From Planctomycetota bacterium (GTDB lineage Bacteria; Planctomycetota; UBA1135; UBA2386), in assembly GCA_965228735.1 (NCBI GenBank), contig OZ245838.1, positions 928,001 through 992,000 on the forward strand: DNA of 64,000 nucleotides, given 5' to 3'. Positions 1-11,534 of the stretch are shown piece by piece. The notes below the pieces were generated by a model that was given only the letters and a program-made list of their open reading frames with translations, was not told where the DNA came from and did no database searches. Both the position numbers and the translations under genes were made by a program. Within the stretch, counting starts at the first letter, position 1, and the number at the start of each line of letters is the position of its first letter.

Positions 1-1796
1 TCGAGCACGCCGACCTCGGGGATCGCGGCGCCGACGAGGTCCGGGCGCTGGGTCATCACGGCGCCGACGAGCAGGCCGCCGTTGCTGCCGCCGCCGATCG
101 CGAGGCGCTTCCGCGAGGTGTAGCCGTTGCGCGTCAGATACTCGGCGCACGCGATGAAGTCGTCGAACACGTTCTGCTTGTTGCCGAGCATGCCGCCCTC
201 GTGCCAGGCCTCGCCGTACTCGCTGCCGCCGCGCAGCACGGCCTGGGCGTAGATGCCGCCGCGCTCGACGAACACGAGGTTGGGCACGGAGAACCGCGGC
301 GTGAGCGGGATGTTGAAGCCGCCGTAGCCGTAGAGGTAACACGGGTTGGTGCCGTCGAGCGCGGTGTCGCGGTGGCGCACGATGAACAGGCAGAGCCGCG
401 TGCCGTCGAGGCTCTGCAGGAAGCGGCGCTCGGTCACGATACCGCTCGTGTCGGCCGGCAGCTCGCTCTGCGTCAGAACCGTCGTCTCGCCCGTGCGGAA
501 GTCGTGCTGCAATACCCGCGGCGCCTCGACGAACGAACGCCAGGTGGCGAATGCCAGCGGGTCCGTCATGCGACCGGAGAAGCCGCTCACGGTGCCGATG
601 CCGGGCAGCTCGATCGTGCCCTTGCTCGTGCCGTCGAGCTCGTGAACGCAGACCCGGCTGCTCGCGTCGGTCAGGTAGGTCAGGACGAAGTGCCCGCCGC
701 GCAGCCTCGCGTCGCGCAGCGCATCTTCGGTCTCGGCGACGACGACCTCGCGGCGCGTCTTGTCACGTTCGTCGACGGCGAGGATGCAGCCCAGCGGCGC
801 TTCGAGGTTGGTCTTGAACCAGAACGTGCTGTCACGCTGCCCGACGAAGTCGTAGTGCGCGTCGTTGTCGAAGAGCATGGGCAGCACGGCCCACTCGGTG
901 CTCTCGAGGTTCACGTATGCGATGCGGTTGGTGCTCGACGACCCCTCGCGCACGTTGATCAGCAGGAACTGACCGCTCTCCGTGACCTCGGGCGAGAACA
1001 TCCAGCGCGGCTGGTCCGGCCGTTCGTAGACGATGCGGTCGGCGGCCTGCTCGTTGCCGAGCTCGTGGTAGCACAGTTGCGGGTTCTCGTTGGACGACTC
1101 GTAGACCTGGCCCTCGGGCGGCGTCGGGTAGCGCTGGTAGAAGAAGCCGAGGCTGTCGCGCGTCCAGGCGGCGCGCGTGAACTTCGCCCACTCGATGCGA
1201 TCGTCGAGCACGTCGCCCGTCGCGACGTCGAGGACCTGCCAGGTCTGCCAGTCGCTGCCGGCGGCCGACGTCGAGAACGCTACGAGCTTGCCGTCCGGCG
1301 ACGGCACGGTGCCGCCGAGAGCGACGGTGCCGTCCGTGCTCATCGTGTTGGGGTCGAGCAGCACGCGCCCTTCACCGGCGGGGGTGTCGGCGACACAGAA
1401 CACGTCCTGGTTCTGCAGGCCGTCGTTCCGGCGGAAGAACCAGTGGTCGCCGCGGTGCAGCGGGGCGCCGCGACGCGGGAAGTTCCACAGCTCGGCGAGG
1501 CGCGCGCGGATGGCATCACGCTCGGGCACCGCGTCGAGGAACGCGCGACTCGCGATGTTCTGCCGCCGGACGAAGTCCGCGGTCGCATCCCCGTCCTGGT
1601 CCTCGAGCCAGCGATACGGATCGCTGACCTCCGTGCCGTGGTAGGTGTCGACGACGGCCTCCTGCCGGACGGGGGGCGCCGCGAACGCCGGATAGCGCAG
1701 CGTGACTGCATCCGCAGGGCCGGCGCAGGTCGTGAGCAGGACCGGCAGCAGGAGGACAACGAGCAGCGGGGTGACGGCAGCCGCGGAATCGCGCAT
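1..1796 (-). CDS. Prolyl oligopeptidase (S9A), exported; 3' end runs off the window
   Basis: Not in the ORF track; translated by hand. [26 protein letters not shown] signal, then [37 protein letters not shown] and the catalytic [11 protein letters not shown] motif. Confidence 0.93.
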   Translation of the reverse strand, partial: MRDSAAAVTPLLVVLLLPVLLTTCAGPADAVTLRYPAFAAPPVRQEAVVDTYHGTEVSDPYRWLEDQDGDATADFVRRQNIASRAFLDAVPERDAIRARLAELWNFPRRGAPLHRGDHWFFRRNDGLQNQDVFCVADTPAGEGRVLLDPNTMSTDGTVALGGTVPSPDGKLVAFSTSAAGSDWQTWQVLDVATGDVLDDRIEWAKFTRAAWTRDSLGFFYQRYPTPPEGQVYESSNENPQLCYHELGNEQAADRIVYERPDQPRWMFSPEVTESGQFLLINVREGSSSTNRIAYVNLESTEWAVLPMLFDNDAHYDFVGQRDSTFWFKTNLEAPLGCILAVDERDKTRREVVVAETEDALRDARLRGGHFVLTYLTDASSRVCVHELDGTSKGTIELPGIGTVSGFSGRMTDPLAFATWRSFVEAPRVLQHDFRTGETTVLTQSELPADTSGIVTERRFLQSLDGTRLCLFIVRHRDTALDGTNPCYLYGYGGFNIPLTPRFSVPNLVFVERGGIYAQAVLRGGSEYGEAWHEGGMLGNKQNVFDDFIACAEYLTRNGYTSRKRLAIGGGSNGGLLVGAVMTQRPDLVGAAIPEVGVL

Positions 1797-1919
1797 GCCG
1801 GGACGTTAGCCCTGGGCCGCGGCCGGGAATCGGACTTTTCGGCCGGTTCCATGCCCCATCATCCCACATCTGTGCAACCGGGTACCGGAATCCGGCCCGC
1901 GCCGAGGTATACGTTCGCC

Positions 1920-3206
1920 ATGCGATTCGTCACGGGCCTCGCCCTCACCCTCGCGCTCGCGGTCGGTCTCTCCGCCCAGGATCAGGAGAACGGCTGGCGC
2001 CCGCTCTTCGACGGCAAGAGCCTCGCGGGCTGGCACGGCCAGCGTCACTTCAACCCGTACAAGCTCGCGTCGATGCCGGCGCCGCAGCGCAAGGCGATGC
2101 GGGCCGAGGACGACGCTTCGGTGAAGGAGCACTGGCGCATCGAAGGCAACGAGATCGTCAACGACGGTTCGGGGGCGTACCTGACGACCGACCGCGACTA
2201 CGGCGACGCGGAGTTCCGGCTCGAGTATCGCACCGTCGCGAAGGCCGATTCCGGCATCTATCTGCGCGGGTCGCCGCAGGTGCAGATCTGGGACTACACC
2301 GAGGCCGGCGGCAAGTGGAAGCTCGGCGCCGACAAGGGCAGTGGTGGGCTGTGGAACAACCAGAAGCACGAACGCTTCCCGCCTGCGTGCTACGACAAGC
2401 CGTTCGGGGAATGGAACACGCTCTGGATCCGGCAGGTCGGCGCGCTGACGTGGGTCAGGCTGAACGGCGAGACGACGGTCGACGGCGTCGTCATGGAGAA
2501 CTACTGGGATCGCAAGCTGCCGCTGCCGGCACGTGGCCCGCTGCAGCTGCAAACGCACGGCGGTGAGATCCGCTTCCGCAATCTGCAGGTGCGCGAGCTC
2601 GACGCCGCGGCGAGCAACGCGATCCTGCGCGAGCACGCGGGCGAGGGTTTCGAGTCGCTGTTCGACGGCAAGACGTTCGCCGGTTGGCGCGGCGCGACCG
2701 AGCACTACGAGATCGTCGACGGCGCGCTGCGGTGCAAGCCGAACCACGGCGGCAACCTGTTCACCGATGCGACGTTCTCCGAGTACGTGATGCAGCTCGA
2801 GTTCAAGCTGCCGACGGGCGGCAACAACGGACTCGCGATCCACTACTCCGGACAGGGCAATCCGGCGCGCAACGGCTTCGAGATCCAGGTGCTCGACAAC
2901 ACGCACGAGAAGTACAGCAAGCTCAAGCCGTGGCAGTATTGCGGCTCGATCTACGGGGTCGCACCGGCTGCTCGGGGCTGCCTGCGGCCGGTCGGGGAGT
3001 GGAATCACTACGAGCTCACGATCCGCGGGCCGAAGATGCGCGTCATGCTCAACGGGTTCTTGATCGTCGATGCCGACGTGAGCAAGCTCAGCTCGGCCCT
3101 CGACGCGCACGACGGCAAGGACCGCACCTCCGGGCACTTCGGGTTCTGCGGGCACAACGATCCGGTCGAGTTCCGCGCGATCGCGGTGAAGCGGCTCGGC
3201 CAGTAG
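1920..3206 (+). CDS. Secreted tandem DUF1080 (3-keto-disaccharide hydrolase-like) protein
   Basis: Real start is the ATG at 1920 (MRFVTGLALTLALAVGLSAQ signal). Two repeats: LFDGKSLAGW...DSGIYLRG...LQTHGGEIRFRNL and LFDGKTFAGW...NNGLAI...GHNDPVEFR. Confidence 0.9.
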   Translation: MRFVTGLALTLALAVGLSAQDQENGWRPLFDGKSLAGWHGQRHFNPYKLASMPAPQRKAMRAEDDASVKEHWRIEGNEIVNDGSGAYLTTDRDYGDAEFRLEYRTVAKADSGIYLRGSPQVQIWDYTEAGGKWKLGADKGSGGLWNNQKHERFPPACYDKPFGEWNTLWIRQVGALTWVRLNGETTVDGVVMENYWDRKLPLPARGPLQLQTHGGEIRFRNLQVRELDAAASNAILREHAGEGFESLFDGKTFAGWRGATEHYEIVDGALRCKPNHGGNLFTDATFSEYVMQLEFKLPTGGNNGLAIHYSGQGNPARNGFEIQVLDNTHEKYSKLKPWQYCGSIYGVAPAARGCLRPVGEWNHYELTIRGPKMRVMLNGFLIVDADVSKLSSALDAHDGKDRTSGHFGFCGHNDPVEFRAIAVKRLGQ

Positions 3207-3452
3207 GCCCGGGGGCGAGCGGGCCGACGTGGGGGTCCGGCCCGGGAATTGCGCCCGGGTCGGGCGTTCTCGGCGAACATTCGGACCGAAAATCGAAGGC
3301 TGGCTGTCGATGTCGGCGGCGTCTCCGCGACTACGTCGACGATTCCGTTCGGCGCGCGCCCCCAGCGTTGCGCGCGCCAATCCATGGCGGCCAGTTCCCA
3401 GGGTAGCTGCCGGTAGCAGCCCCACTGGCCGTTCGTCTCGCAGGAGCCCCCG

Positions 3453-4529
3453 ATGCAAGTCACTCTCACTCGTTCCCTCGCTCTCTCCTTCGTTCTCGCC
3501 GTCTCTGGCACCGCCGCCGCCCAGGAGGCCACCGACGCCAGTCACAGCGACCTCGTGCAGAGCGGTCGCATGGCGCTGCAGGCCTCGGACTGGAAGGCGG
3601 CCGCGAAGAGCTTCAAGAAAGCCGTCGAGATCAATCCCGAGGACGGCACGTCATGGCAGCTGCTCGGCTACAGCCTGCATGCGATGCAGAAGCTCGACGA
3701 AGCGCTGCCGATCCACAAGAAGGCCGCCGAGTTCGCGGAGGTCGCGCCCGTCGCGAGCTACAACGTCGCGTGCGTCTACGCGCTCAAGGGCGAGAACGAG
3801 CTCGCGCTGAAGTGGCTCGAGAAGGCGGCGGCGAAGGGTTTCGCCCGTCCCGACCACATCGCGAACGATCCGGACATGGACCCGCTGCGTGACGACGATC
3901 GCTTCAAGGCGGTCGTGAAGAAGATCAGCAAGAACGCGGGTGGCGCGTCGACCGGCATGCAGGTCTTCCAGATCACGACCCCGCGCGAGAGCGCGCGCGT
4001 GGCGTGGTTCACGCGCAACGGTTCGCCGGGTCAGATCGCGATCGACTACACGCCCGTCAAGTGGCAGGAGAAGTACGACGCGATGGTCGGCAGCGAGAAG
4101 ATGATGGGCCGGAAGTGGCGCCTCGGCGCCGATTTCTGGACCTCGCTCGACACGTCGGTCGACCTCGTCATGGGCGGCACCAAGGTACCGGCCGGCTACT
4201 ACTACCTGACGCTCGAGCAGCGTGAGGGCGGTTCGTTCATCCTCGGGGTGCACGACGCCAACAAGATCAAGAAGCAGCGCCTCGACGCGTTCCAGGCCAA
4301 TCAGGTCAAGGGCGGCATCGAGGTCGAGCTGAAGCATCACGAGGCCGACTCCGTGCAGGACACGCTGAAGATGGCGATCCTGACCAAGTCGGGCAGCCAG
4401 ACCGAAGGCAAGTTCAAGCTGCACTTCGGCGGCCACGCGCTCGTCGCACCGGTCGAGATGCACGTCGGCGGCAAGCCCGCCGCCGATGCGAGCGCCGAGA
4501 AGAAGCACGCGAAGAAGGCCAAGTACTAG
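3453..4529 (+). CDS. Secreted TPR + DUF2911-like domain protein
   Basis: AGGAG Shine-Dalgarno and signal peptide. TPRs end in YNVACVYAL...DPDMDPLR. C-terminal WRLGADFWT...VPAGYYYL resembles DUF2911. Confidence 0.75.
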   Translation: MQVTLTRSLALSFVLAVSGTAAAQEATDASHSDLVQSGRMALQASDWKAAAKSFKKAVEINPEDGTSWQLLGYSLHAMQKLDEALPIHKKAAEFAEVAPVASYNVACVYALKGENELALKWLEKAAAKGFARPDHIANDPDMDPLRDDDRFKAVVKKISKNAGGASTGMQVFQITTPRESARVAWFTRNGSPGQIAIDYTPVKWQEKYDAMVGSEKMMGRKWRLGADFWTSLDTSVDLVMGGTKVPAGYYYLTLEQREGGSFILGVHDANKIKKQRLDAFQANQVKGGIEVELKHHEADSVQDTLKMAILTKSGSQTEGKFKLHFGGHALVAPVEMHVGGKPAADASAEKKHAKKAKY

Positions 4530-4578
4530 GCTGGACCGGCGCCGGAACCGAGAAGATCCGGCGAGCGAACGGTTCGCG

Positions 4579-5703
4579 CTACCCGCCGAACATCTGCGTC
4601 CAGTGGTGCCCGGCCTGACCGAGGCCGGTGCGCCCGTGGCCGCCCAGCATGTTCTTGTGGTGGCCCGGGCTGTACCACCAGGCGCGGATCGCGCCGCGGC
4701 CCGAGTCCTGGCCGGCCGCGATGTTCTCGGCGCCGCCGGTCGTACCGGCGAGCGCGGCCCGCATGCCCGGCGTCTTCTTCTCCGGGATCGGCGAGGTGTG
4801 GGAGAAGAACTTGAGGCGCTGCATGTCCTCGCTGTGGCCGCGGGCGGCGTCGCCGAGCTTGGGATCGATCCGCAAGGTCGGCAGGCCGAGCGCGATGCGA
4901 ATGCGGTTGAGCTCGAGCGTGCCGACGAACTCCTCGTGGACCATGCCGGCGCGCAGTTCCTCGTTGCGCTCGAGGTTCTTGCGATCGCGGGCGGCCAGCG
5001 GCAGCGCGTAGAGACAGCGGCGCTCGAGCCCGGGCTCGATGTCGTCGAGCGCGGGTGGGGGCGGCAGTTCGTCCTTGCGGCCGAGGAAGGCCTGGCCACC
5101 CTCCGTGTCGCCGATTCCGCGCCTCGTGTCGACGTAGAGATCGAACCAGCCGAGCAACTCGTCGTGCACCTCGGCCAGATCGTCGAGGTCGTCGCTGAGC
5201 TTCTCGTCGCCGTCGAGCACGTCGTCGAGGCTCGGCAGCAGGAGCGCGCGCAGGCGCTCGAGGGCCGGGTCGATCTCGGCCTTGATCATCGCCTTGGTCA
5301 GGCCTTCGCGCCGGGTAACCGAGAGCGCCGAGTCGCGCAGCGTCGCGATCTCGTCACCCTTGGCTGCCGCCAGCAGGCGGCGTTGGGCCTTCGGCACCTC
5401 GCGTTCGAAGTCACGTCGCAGATCCGCGCGTTGCTGCGCGAACGCGGCGAGTTCCTTCTGGTAGCGCTTGCGCAGCAGGCCGAGGAACTGGCCGCGCACC
5501 GACAGCTTGCGGGTGCCGATCTCGACGGCGACCTCGCGGGCCGTGTCGAGGGTCGCGCGCGGCGCCCGAACGCGCAGCAGCAGGGCGGACGACGGCACGG
5601 GCTCCGGCCCCGGGGGCGGAGTCGGCGTCTGGGCGGTGGCGCGGGTTGGGGCGCTGGCGGCGATCGCTAGGGTCGCGGCCAGCGCGAGGCGGGTGGCGGT
5701 CAC
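4579..5703 (-). CDS. Secreted CAP (SCP) domain protein
   Basis: Signal peptide. C-terminal LNRIR...AARGHSEDM...FFSH...AENIAAG...WWYSPGHHKNML...WTQMFG. Confidence 0.88.
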   Translation of the reverse strand: MTATRLALAATLAIAASAPTRATAQTPTPPPGPEPVPSSALLLRVRAPRATLDTAREVAVEIGTRKLSVRGQFLGLLRKRYQKELAAFAQQRADLRRDFEREVPKAQRRLLAAAKGDEIATLRDSALSVTRREGLTKAMIKAEIDPALERLRALLLPSLDDVLDGDEKLSDDLDDLAEVHDELLGWFDLYVDTRRGIGDTEGGQAFLGRKDELPPPPALDDIEPGLERRCLYALPLAARDRKNLERNEELRAGMVHEEFVGTLELNRIRIALGLPTLRIDPKLGDAARGHSEDMQRLKFFSHTSPIPEKKTPGMRAALAGTTGGAENIAAGQDSGRGAIRAWWYSPGHHKNMLGGHGRTGLGQAGHHWTQMFGG

Positions 5704-5774
5704 GCGGCGAGTCTACTCTTCGAAGCCCCTGGCTTCCCCGTTCCTTGCTTCACCGTTCCCGAGACGTCTGTTTG

Positions 5775-6584
5775 CTACTTGCCCGACCCGGGTGGCTCCC
5801 AGCGCGGGTTCTTGTTCTCCCAGCGCTGCCAGTCCTCGAACTTGGTCATGCGCTGGCCCGTCAGCCGCGACAGCGTGTTGATCCACTTGTCCTCGACCGC
5901 CCGCAGCGTCCGACGCGCGTTCTGCGGGTCGAAGTCGACCGGCGCATTGGGATCGTTGTTGACGATCCGGGTGGCGCGGGCGTGCAGTGCGCCCCAGGCC
6001 CGGATCAGTTGCTCGACGATCTCACGCTTCTCCTTCACCTTCGCGTTGGTGAACTCGGCGAGGGCCTTGCCGGCGGCCGCCTGGATCTCGTCGTGCGGCG
6101 ACCGGGTCGCCTCGTCGAGGATGTAGTCGATGTGATCGGTGACCTTGGTGCGGCCGAGCGCCTCGATGAGGTGGGCCCGGAGTGGCACGTTGTCCGCGAT
6201 CCGCTTGTGCTCGATGACCCGGCTGAGCTCCTTGGCACCGTCCTCGCCGAACTTCGCGAGCGCGTCGCCGGCCTCGCGATAGAGATGGTCCTTGCCGGCT
6301 TCGCGCGGCCGCCCGGTGCGGAACACGCCGTGCAGCGCCTTCACGAGCTTCTTCTGGTCCTTCGGGTTGACCTTCTCCGGCTCCTTGGACAGGGCCTGGA
6401 TCAGACCGATGGCCTGGAAGTCCTTGGTCATCTTCCGATCGCTGACCATCGACTTCAGCTCCTTGAGCTTGTCGGGCAGGGTCGGATCGATCGGTGGCGG
6501 GGTCGGCTTCTGGGCCGCCAGCACGGCGGCGGTCAGGCTCCCGACGACGAACGTCCGCAGGAGATTGCGCAGGGAAGGGGTCAT
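5775..6584 (-). CDS. Secreted HEAT-repeat-like hypothetical protein
   Basis: Signal peptide, alpha-helical repeats (LIEALGRT, AAGKALAEF), ending TLSRLTGQ...WQRW. Confidence 0.7.
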   Translation of the reverse strand: MTPSLRNLLRTFVVGSLTAAVLAAQKPTPPPIDPTLPDKLKELKSMVSDRKMTKDFQAIGLIQALSKEPEKVNPKDQKKLVKALHGVFRTGRPREAGKDHLYREAGDALAKFGEDGAKELSRVIEHKRIADNVPLRAHLIEALGRTKVTDHIDYILDEATRSPHDEIQAAAGKALAEFTNAKVKEKREIVEQLIRAWGALHARATRIVNNDPNAPVDFDPQNARRTLRAVEDKWINTLSRLTGQRMTKFEDWQRWENKNPRWEPPGSGK

Positions 6585-6726
6585 GACGCCACTGTATCGT
6601 CCACCGAACGCCCACGACCAGATCCCCCGTGGATTCGGGCTCCCCGTTCCGCTAGCAAGGTGGCCCCGCTAGGCTGTCTCGCCCGTTTTTTCCAGGTTCG
6701 TTACTCGTCCGGATTCGCCCGCTCTC

Positions 6727-7703
<977 letters not shown>

Positions 7704-7707
<4 letters not shown>

Positions 7708-8711
7708 GCCGCGTGCTCGTAACGGGCGGCGCGGGCTTCATCGGCTCGCACGTGATCGAGGCCCTGTGCCGGGACGGACGCGCGGTGACCACGATCGACG
7801 ACCTGAGCACCGGCGAGCGCGGCACGCTCGAGGCCCTGGCTGCGGCGGGCGCGAACTTCGACTTCGTCGAGGGCTCGATCGCGGATTCGGACGCCGTCGC
7901 TCGCGCGATGGCCGGCGTCGACAAGGTCGTGCACCTCGCGGCGATCCCGTCGGTCGCGCGCTCGGTCGAACGCCCGTTGGCCACGCACCATGCGTGTGCG
8001 ACCGGCACGGTCACGTTGCTGCACGCGGCCGCCGAACGACGGGCTCGCGTGGTCTACGCCGGGAGCAGTTCGGCGTACGGCAATCAGCAGGCGAAGTTCA
8101 AGCAGGAGGACCTGCGTGAGGATCCGCTGTCCCCGTACTCGGCGGCCAAGCTCGCGGGCGAGCTGTATTGCCGGTCCTTCGCGCGGGTCTACGACCTGGC
8201 CGTCGTGGTGACGCGGTTCTTCAACGTGTTCGGTCCCCGTCAGCCCGCGAACAGTCCGTACTCGGGCGTCGTCGCGGCGTTCTGCCGCGCGCTCGTCTCG
8301 GGCCAGCGGCCGCGGATCGACGGCGACGGTCTGCAGTCCCGCGACTTCACCTACGTCGAGGACGTGGTGGCTGGCGTGCTGCGGTGCCTCGACGCCGATT
8401 CCACCGGCTGTGTCACCGTGAACCTCGCCTACGGCCAGGCCGCCACCGTGCGTGATCTGTGGGACGAACTCGGCAAACACGCGCAGGCGAGCCTCGGCAT
8501 CACGGAGTTGCCGGAGCCGCAGATGGCGCCCCCGCGGCGCGGCGACGTGCGCGACTCGCTCGCGGACACGACGCGGGCGCGCGAGGTCTTCGGCATCGAG
8601 CCCGAGGTCGGGTTCTCGGAGGGGCTGCGGCGCACGTTCGCGTGGTATCTCGACGCCTGGCGACTCGAGCAACGAGTGGCCGGTGAGTCGACCAAAGGCG
8701 GGCCGGCGTGA
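7704..8711 (+). CDS. NAD-dependent epimerase (UDP-Glc/GlcNAc 4-epimerase-like)
   Basis: ATGA overlap with the previous gene. GGAGFIG, HLAAIPSVARS, YSAAK, FNVFGPRQ...YSGV. Confidence 0.88.
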
Positions 8712-8757
8712 ACGCCGGCTCGGACGATCGAATGAACTCTCTCTCGGAGATCGGGAA

Positions 8758-9525
8758 ATGAAAGGTGTCGTTCTGGCCGGCGGCCTCGGCAGCCGCCTCT
8801 ATCCGCTGACGAAGATCACCAACAAGCATCTGCTGCCGGTGTTCGACAAGCCGATGATCTACTACCCGATCCAGTGTCTGGTGAACGCCGGGATCACGGA
8901 CATCCTCGTCGTGACGGGCGGCAACTCGGCGGGGGACTTCCTGCAGCTGCTGCGCAACGGCGCGGACTTCGGTCTCGCGCGGCTGAGCTACGCCTACCAG
9001 GAGGGGGAAGGTGGCATCGCCGACGCGCTCAAGCTCGCGGAGGCGTTCGCCGACGATCAGCCGATCTGCGTCGTGCTCGGTGACAACATCATCGAGGGCA
9101 ACATCAAGCGGGCGGTCGACGACTTCCACGCGCAGAATGGCGGCGCGAAGATCATGCTCAAGGAGGTGCACGACCCCGAGCGCTTCGGCGTCGCCAAGGT
9201 CGACGGCGGCAAGGTGCTCGAGATCGTCGAGAAGCCAAAGGACCCGGAGAGCAACCTCGCGGTGATCGGCATCTACCTCTACGACGCCCAGGTGTTCGAG
9301 ATCTGCAAGACGCTCAAGCCGTCGGCGCGCGGTGAGCTCGAGATCACCGACGTGAACAACGAGTACATCCGGCGCGGCAACCTGACCTGCGACGTGCTGC
9401 AGGGTTGGTGGACCGACGCGGGCACGTTCGAGTCGCTGCACCGCGCGGCGACCCTCGTGCGCGACGGCGGCGCGAACCGCATGGACCTCGACGAACGCGT
9501 GACGCCGGGCGACGACGACGCATGA
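8758..9525 (+). CDS. rfbA: Glucose-1-phosphate thymidylyltransferase (short form)
   Basis: MKGVVLAGGLGSRLYPLT, KPMIYYP, LGDNI, RGELEITD, WTDAGT. Confidence 0.92.
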   Translation: MKGVVLAGGLGSRLYPLTKITNKHLLPVFDKPMIYYPIQCLVNAGITDILVVTGGNSAGDFLQLLRNGADFGLARLSYAYQEGEGGIADALKLAEAFADDQPICVVLGDNIIEGNIKRAVDDFHAQNGGAKIMLKEVHDPERFGVAKVDGGKVLEIVEKPKDPESNLAVIGIYLYDAQVFEICKTLKPSARGELEITDVNNEYIRRGNLTCDVLQGWWTDAGTFESLHRAATLVRDGGANRMDLDERVTPGDDDA

Positions 9526-10460
9526 GTCAGCTCGATTTCCTGGTGACCGGCGCCCGTGGTCAGCTCGGACGCGCCGTCACGGCAGCGATCGCCGCCCGCG
9601 GCAAGCGCGCGTTCGGCGTCGACGTGGACGAGATGCCGCTCGAGAACCGGGCAGCCATCGCGTCGATGGTCATGACGCACCGCCCGCGGTGCGTGATCCA
9701 CTGCGGCGCGATCACCAACGTCGACGGCTGCGAGAGCGATCCCCTGACCGCGCATCGGGTCAACGGGCTCGCGACGGCCTGGGTGGTGGAGGCGGCGGCC
9801 GCGGTCGATGCCCGGCTCGCGTACGTCAGCACCGACTTCGTCTTCGACGGCGATGCCGACGGCGTCCCGTACCCCGTGGATGCGCCGGTCGCACCCCTGT
9901 CGATCTACGGCAGCAGCAAGCGACTCGGCGAGGAAGCCGTGCTGGCGCACGATCGGCCAGCTTTCTTCGTCGTGCGAACGGCCTGGGTCTTCGGGCCCGG
10001 CGGGCGCAACTTCCCGCGCGCGATCCTCGAGCGAGCGCGTTCGGGGCAACCGCTCAAGGTCGTCACGGACCAGGTCGGCAGTCCGACGCTGACGCTCGAC
10101 CTCGCCGAGGCGCTGCTCGATCTCGTCGAGTCCGACGCGGCGGGCGGGGTGTATCACGCGACGAACGGTGGGCATTGCTCGTGGCATCAGTTCGCGGTCG
10201 ACGTGCTGGCGGCCGCGGGGTTGTCCGACATCGAGGTCGGGACGCAGCTCGCGGCGGACCTCGGCCAGGCTGCGACGCGGCCGCAATGGTCGGTTCTCGA
10301 CAACAGCGCGATCGAGGCGGTGCGCGGCAAGGCGATGCCGAGCTATCAGGACGCGATCACGCGCTACCTGGCGGCGGAGAGCGCGAGTCTGGCGGCGGAC
10401 GGCGCCGAGGGCGGCGAAGCAAGCGATGCCGGGCCCCTGCGTGGGAAGGAGTACAAGTGA
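9522..10460 (+). CDS. rfbD: dTDP-4-dehydrorhamnose reductase
   Basis: GARGQLG, STDFVFDG, YGSSK, DQVGSPT; ATGA overlap. Confidence 0.93.
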   Translation: MSQLDFLVTGARGQLGRAVTAAIAARGKRAFGVDVDEMPLENRAAIASMVMTHRPRCVIHCGAITNVDGCESDPLTAHRVNGLATAWVVEAAAAVDARLAYVSTDFVFDGDADGVPYPVDAPVAPLSIYGSSKRLGEEAVLAHDRPAFFVVRTAWVFGPGGRNFPRAILERARSGQPLKVVTDQVGSPTLTLDLAEALLDLVESDAAGGVYHATNGGHCSWHQFAVDVLAAAGLSDIEVGTQLAADLGQAATRPQWSVLDNSAIEAVRGKAMPSYQDAITRYLAAESASLAADGAEGGEASDAGPLRGKEYK

Positions 10461-11467
10461 GCAAGATCCTCGTGACTGGCGGCGCCGGCTTCATCGGTTC
10501 GAACTTCGTGCGGCTGCTGCTGGAAGGCAGTGAGCACGAGATCGTCAACGTCGACAAGCTGACCTACGCGGGCAACCTCGAGAACCTCAGCGACGTCGAA
10601 GAGCACGCGCGCTACGGGTTCGTCCGCGCGGACATCGTGGACGTCGAGGCGATGACCGCGGTGTTCGCCGAGCATCGGCCCGAGGTGGTCGTGCACTTCG
10701 CGGCGGAGAGCCACGTCGACCGGTCGGTGCTCGACGCGACCGAGTTCGTGCGGACGAACGTGGTCGGCACCCAGGTGCTGCTCGATCAGAGCCGTCACCA
10801 TGGCGTGCAGCGCTTCGTGCACGTGAGCACGGACGAGGTCTACGGGTCACTCGGACCGACCGGCCTCTTCACCGAGGAGACGCCGCTGCAGTCCAACTCG
10901 CCGTACTCGTCGAGCAAGGCGGGGAGCGACCTGCTCGTGCGCGCCGCCGTTCACACTCACGGCATGGATTGCGTGATCACGCGCTGCTCCAACAACTACG
11001 GCCCGTTCCAGTTCCCCGAGAAGCTGATCCCGCTGATGATCGCGAACGCACTCGAGGACAAGAAGCTGCCGGTCTACGGCGACGGCAAGAACGTGCGCGA
11101 CTGGATCCACGTCATCGACCACGCGCGCGGCATCCAGGCATCGATGGAGCGCGGCAAGGCCGGTGAGGTCTACAACTTCGGCGGCGACGCGGAGCGGGAG
11201 AACATCGACGTCGTGAAGCAGATCCTCGGCCTCGTGGGCAAGGACGAGAGCCTGATCGAGTACGTCACCGACCGCCCGGGCCACGACCGGCGCTACGCGA
11301 TGGATTCGCGCAAGGCGCACAAGGAGCTCGGCTGGCAGCCGGAGTTCACGTTCGAGGACGGTCTGAAAGCGACCGTGGACTGGTATCTCGCGAACAAGTC
11401 CTGGTGGGAACGCGTCCGCAGCGGCGCCTACCAGGCCTACTACGAGACGCAGTACGGCGGGCGTTAG
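10457..11467 (+). CDS. rfbB: dTDP-glucose 4,6-dehydratase
   Basis: GTG start overlapping the upstream TGA. GGAGFIG, FAAESHVDRS, STDEVYG, YSSSK, NNYGP, DRPGHDRRY. Confidence 0.95.
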   Translation: MSKILVTGGAGFIGSNFVRLLLEGSEHEIVNVDKLTYAGNLENLSDVEEHARYGFVRADIVDVEAMTAVFAEHRPEVVVHFAAESHVDRSVLDATEFVRTNVVGTQVLLDQSRHHGVQRFVHVSTDEVYGSLGPTGLFTEETPLQSNSPYSSSKAGSDLLVRAAVHTHGMDCVITRCSNNYGPFQFPEKLIPLMIANALEDKKLPVYGDGKNVRDWIHVIDHARGIQASMERGKAGEVYNFGGDAERENIDVVKQILGLVGKDESLIEYVTDRPGHDRRYAMDSRKAHKELGWQPEFTFEDGLKATVDWYLANKSWWERVRSGAYQAYYETQYGGR

Positions 11468-11470
11468 TTC

Positions 11471-11532
11471 CCGGCACCATGAACCCGGTACCGTACGGAA
11501 TCGGCCGTACGGTACCGGGTTCATGGTGCCGG
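11471..11532. repeat. Perfect 28-bp inverted repeat with a 6-nt loop between convergent rfbB and lutC (REP-like or bidirectional terminator)
   Basis: CCGGCACCATGAACCCGGTACCGTACGG (11471-11498), loop AATCGG, exact reverse complement at 11505-11532. Confidence 0.92.
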
Positions 11533-11534
11533 TC

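Noticed and set aside
201..1919. N-terminal ~570 aa of the 1001-aa ORF 201..3206
   Set aside because: Antisense shadow of the prolyl oligopeptidase; the real DUF1080 gene starts at 1920 with a signal peptide.
3398..3423. CAGG...AGCAG resembling SRP RNA helix 8
   Set aside because: No GNRA-capped stem between the motifs and no long SRP-like outer helix.
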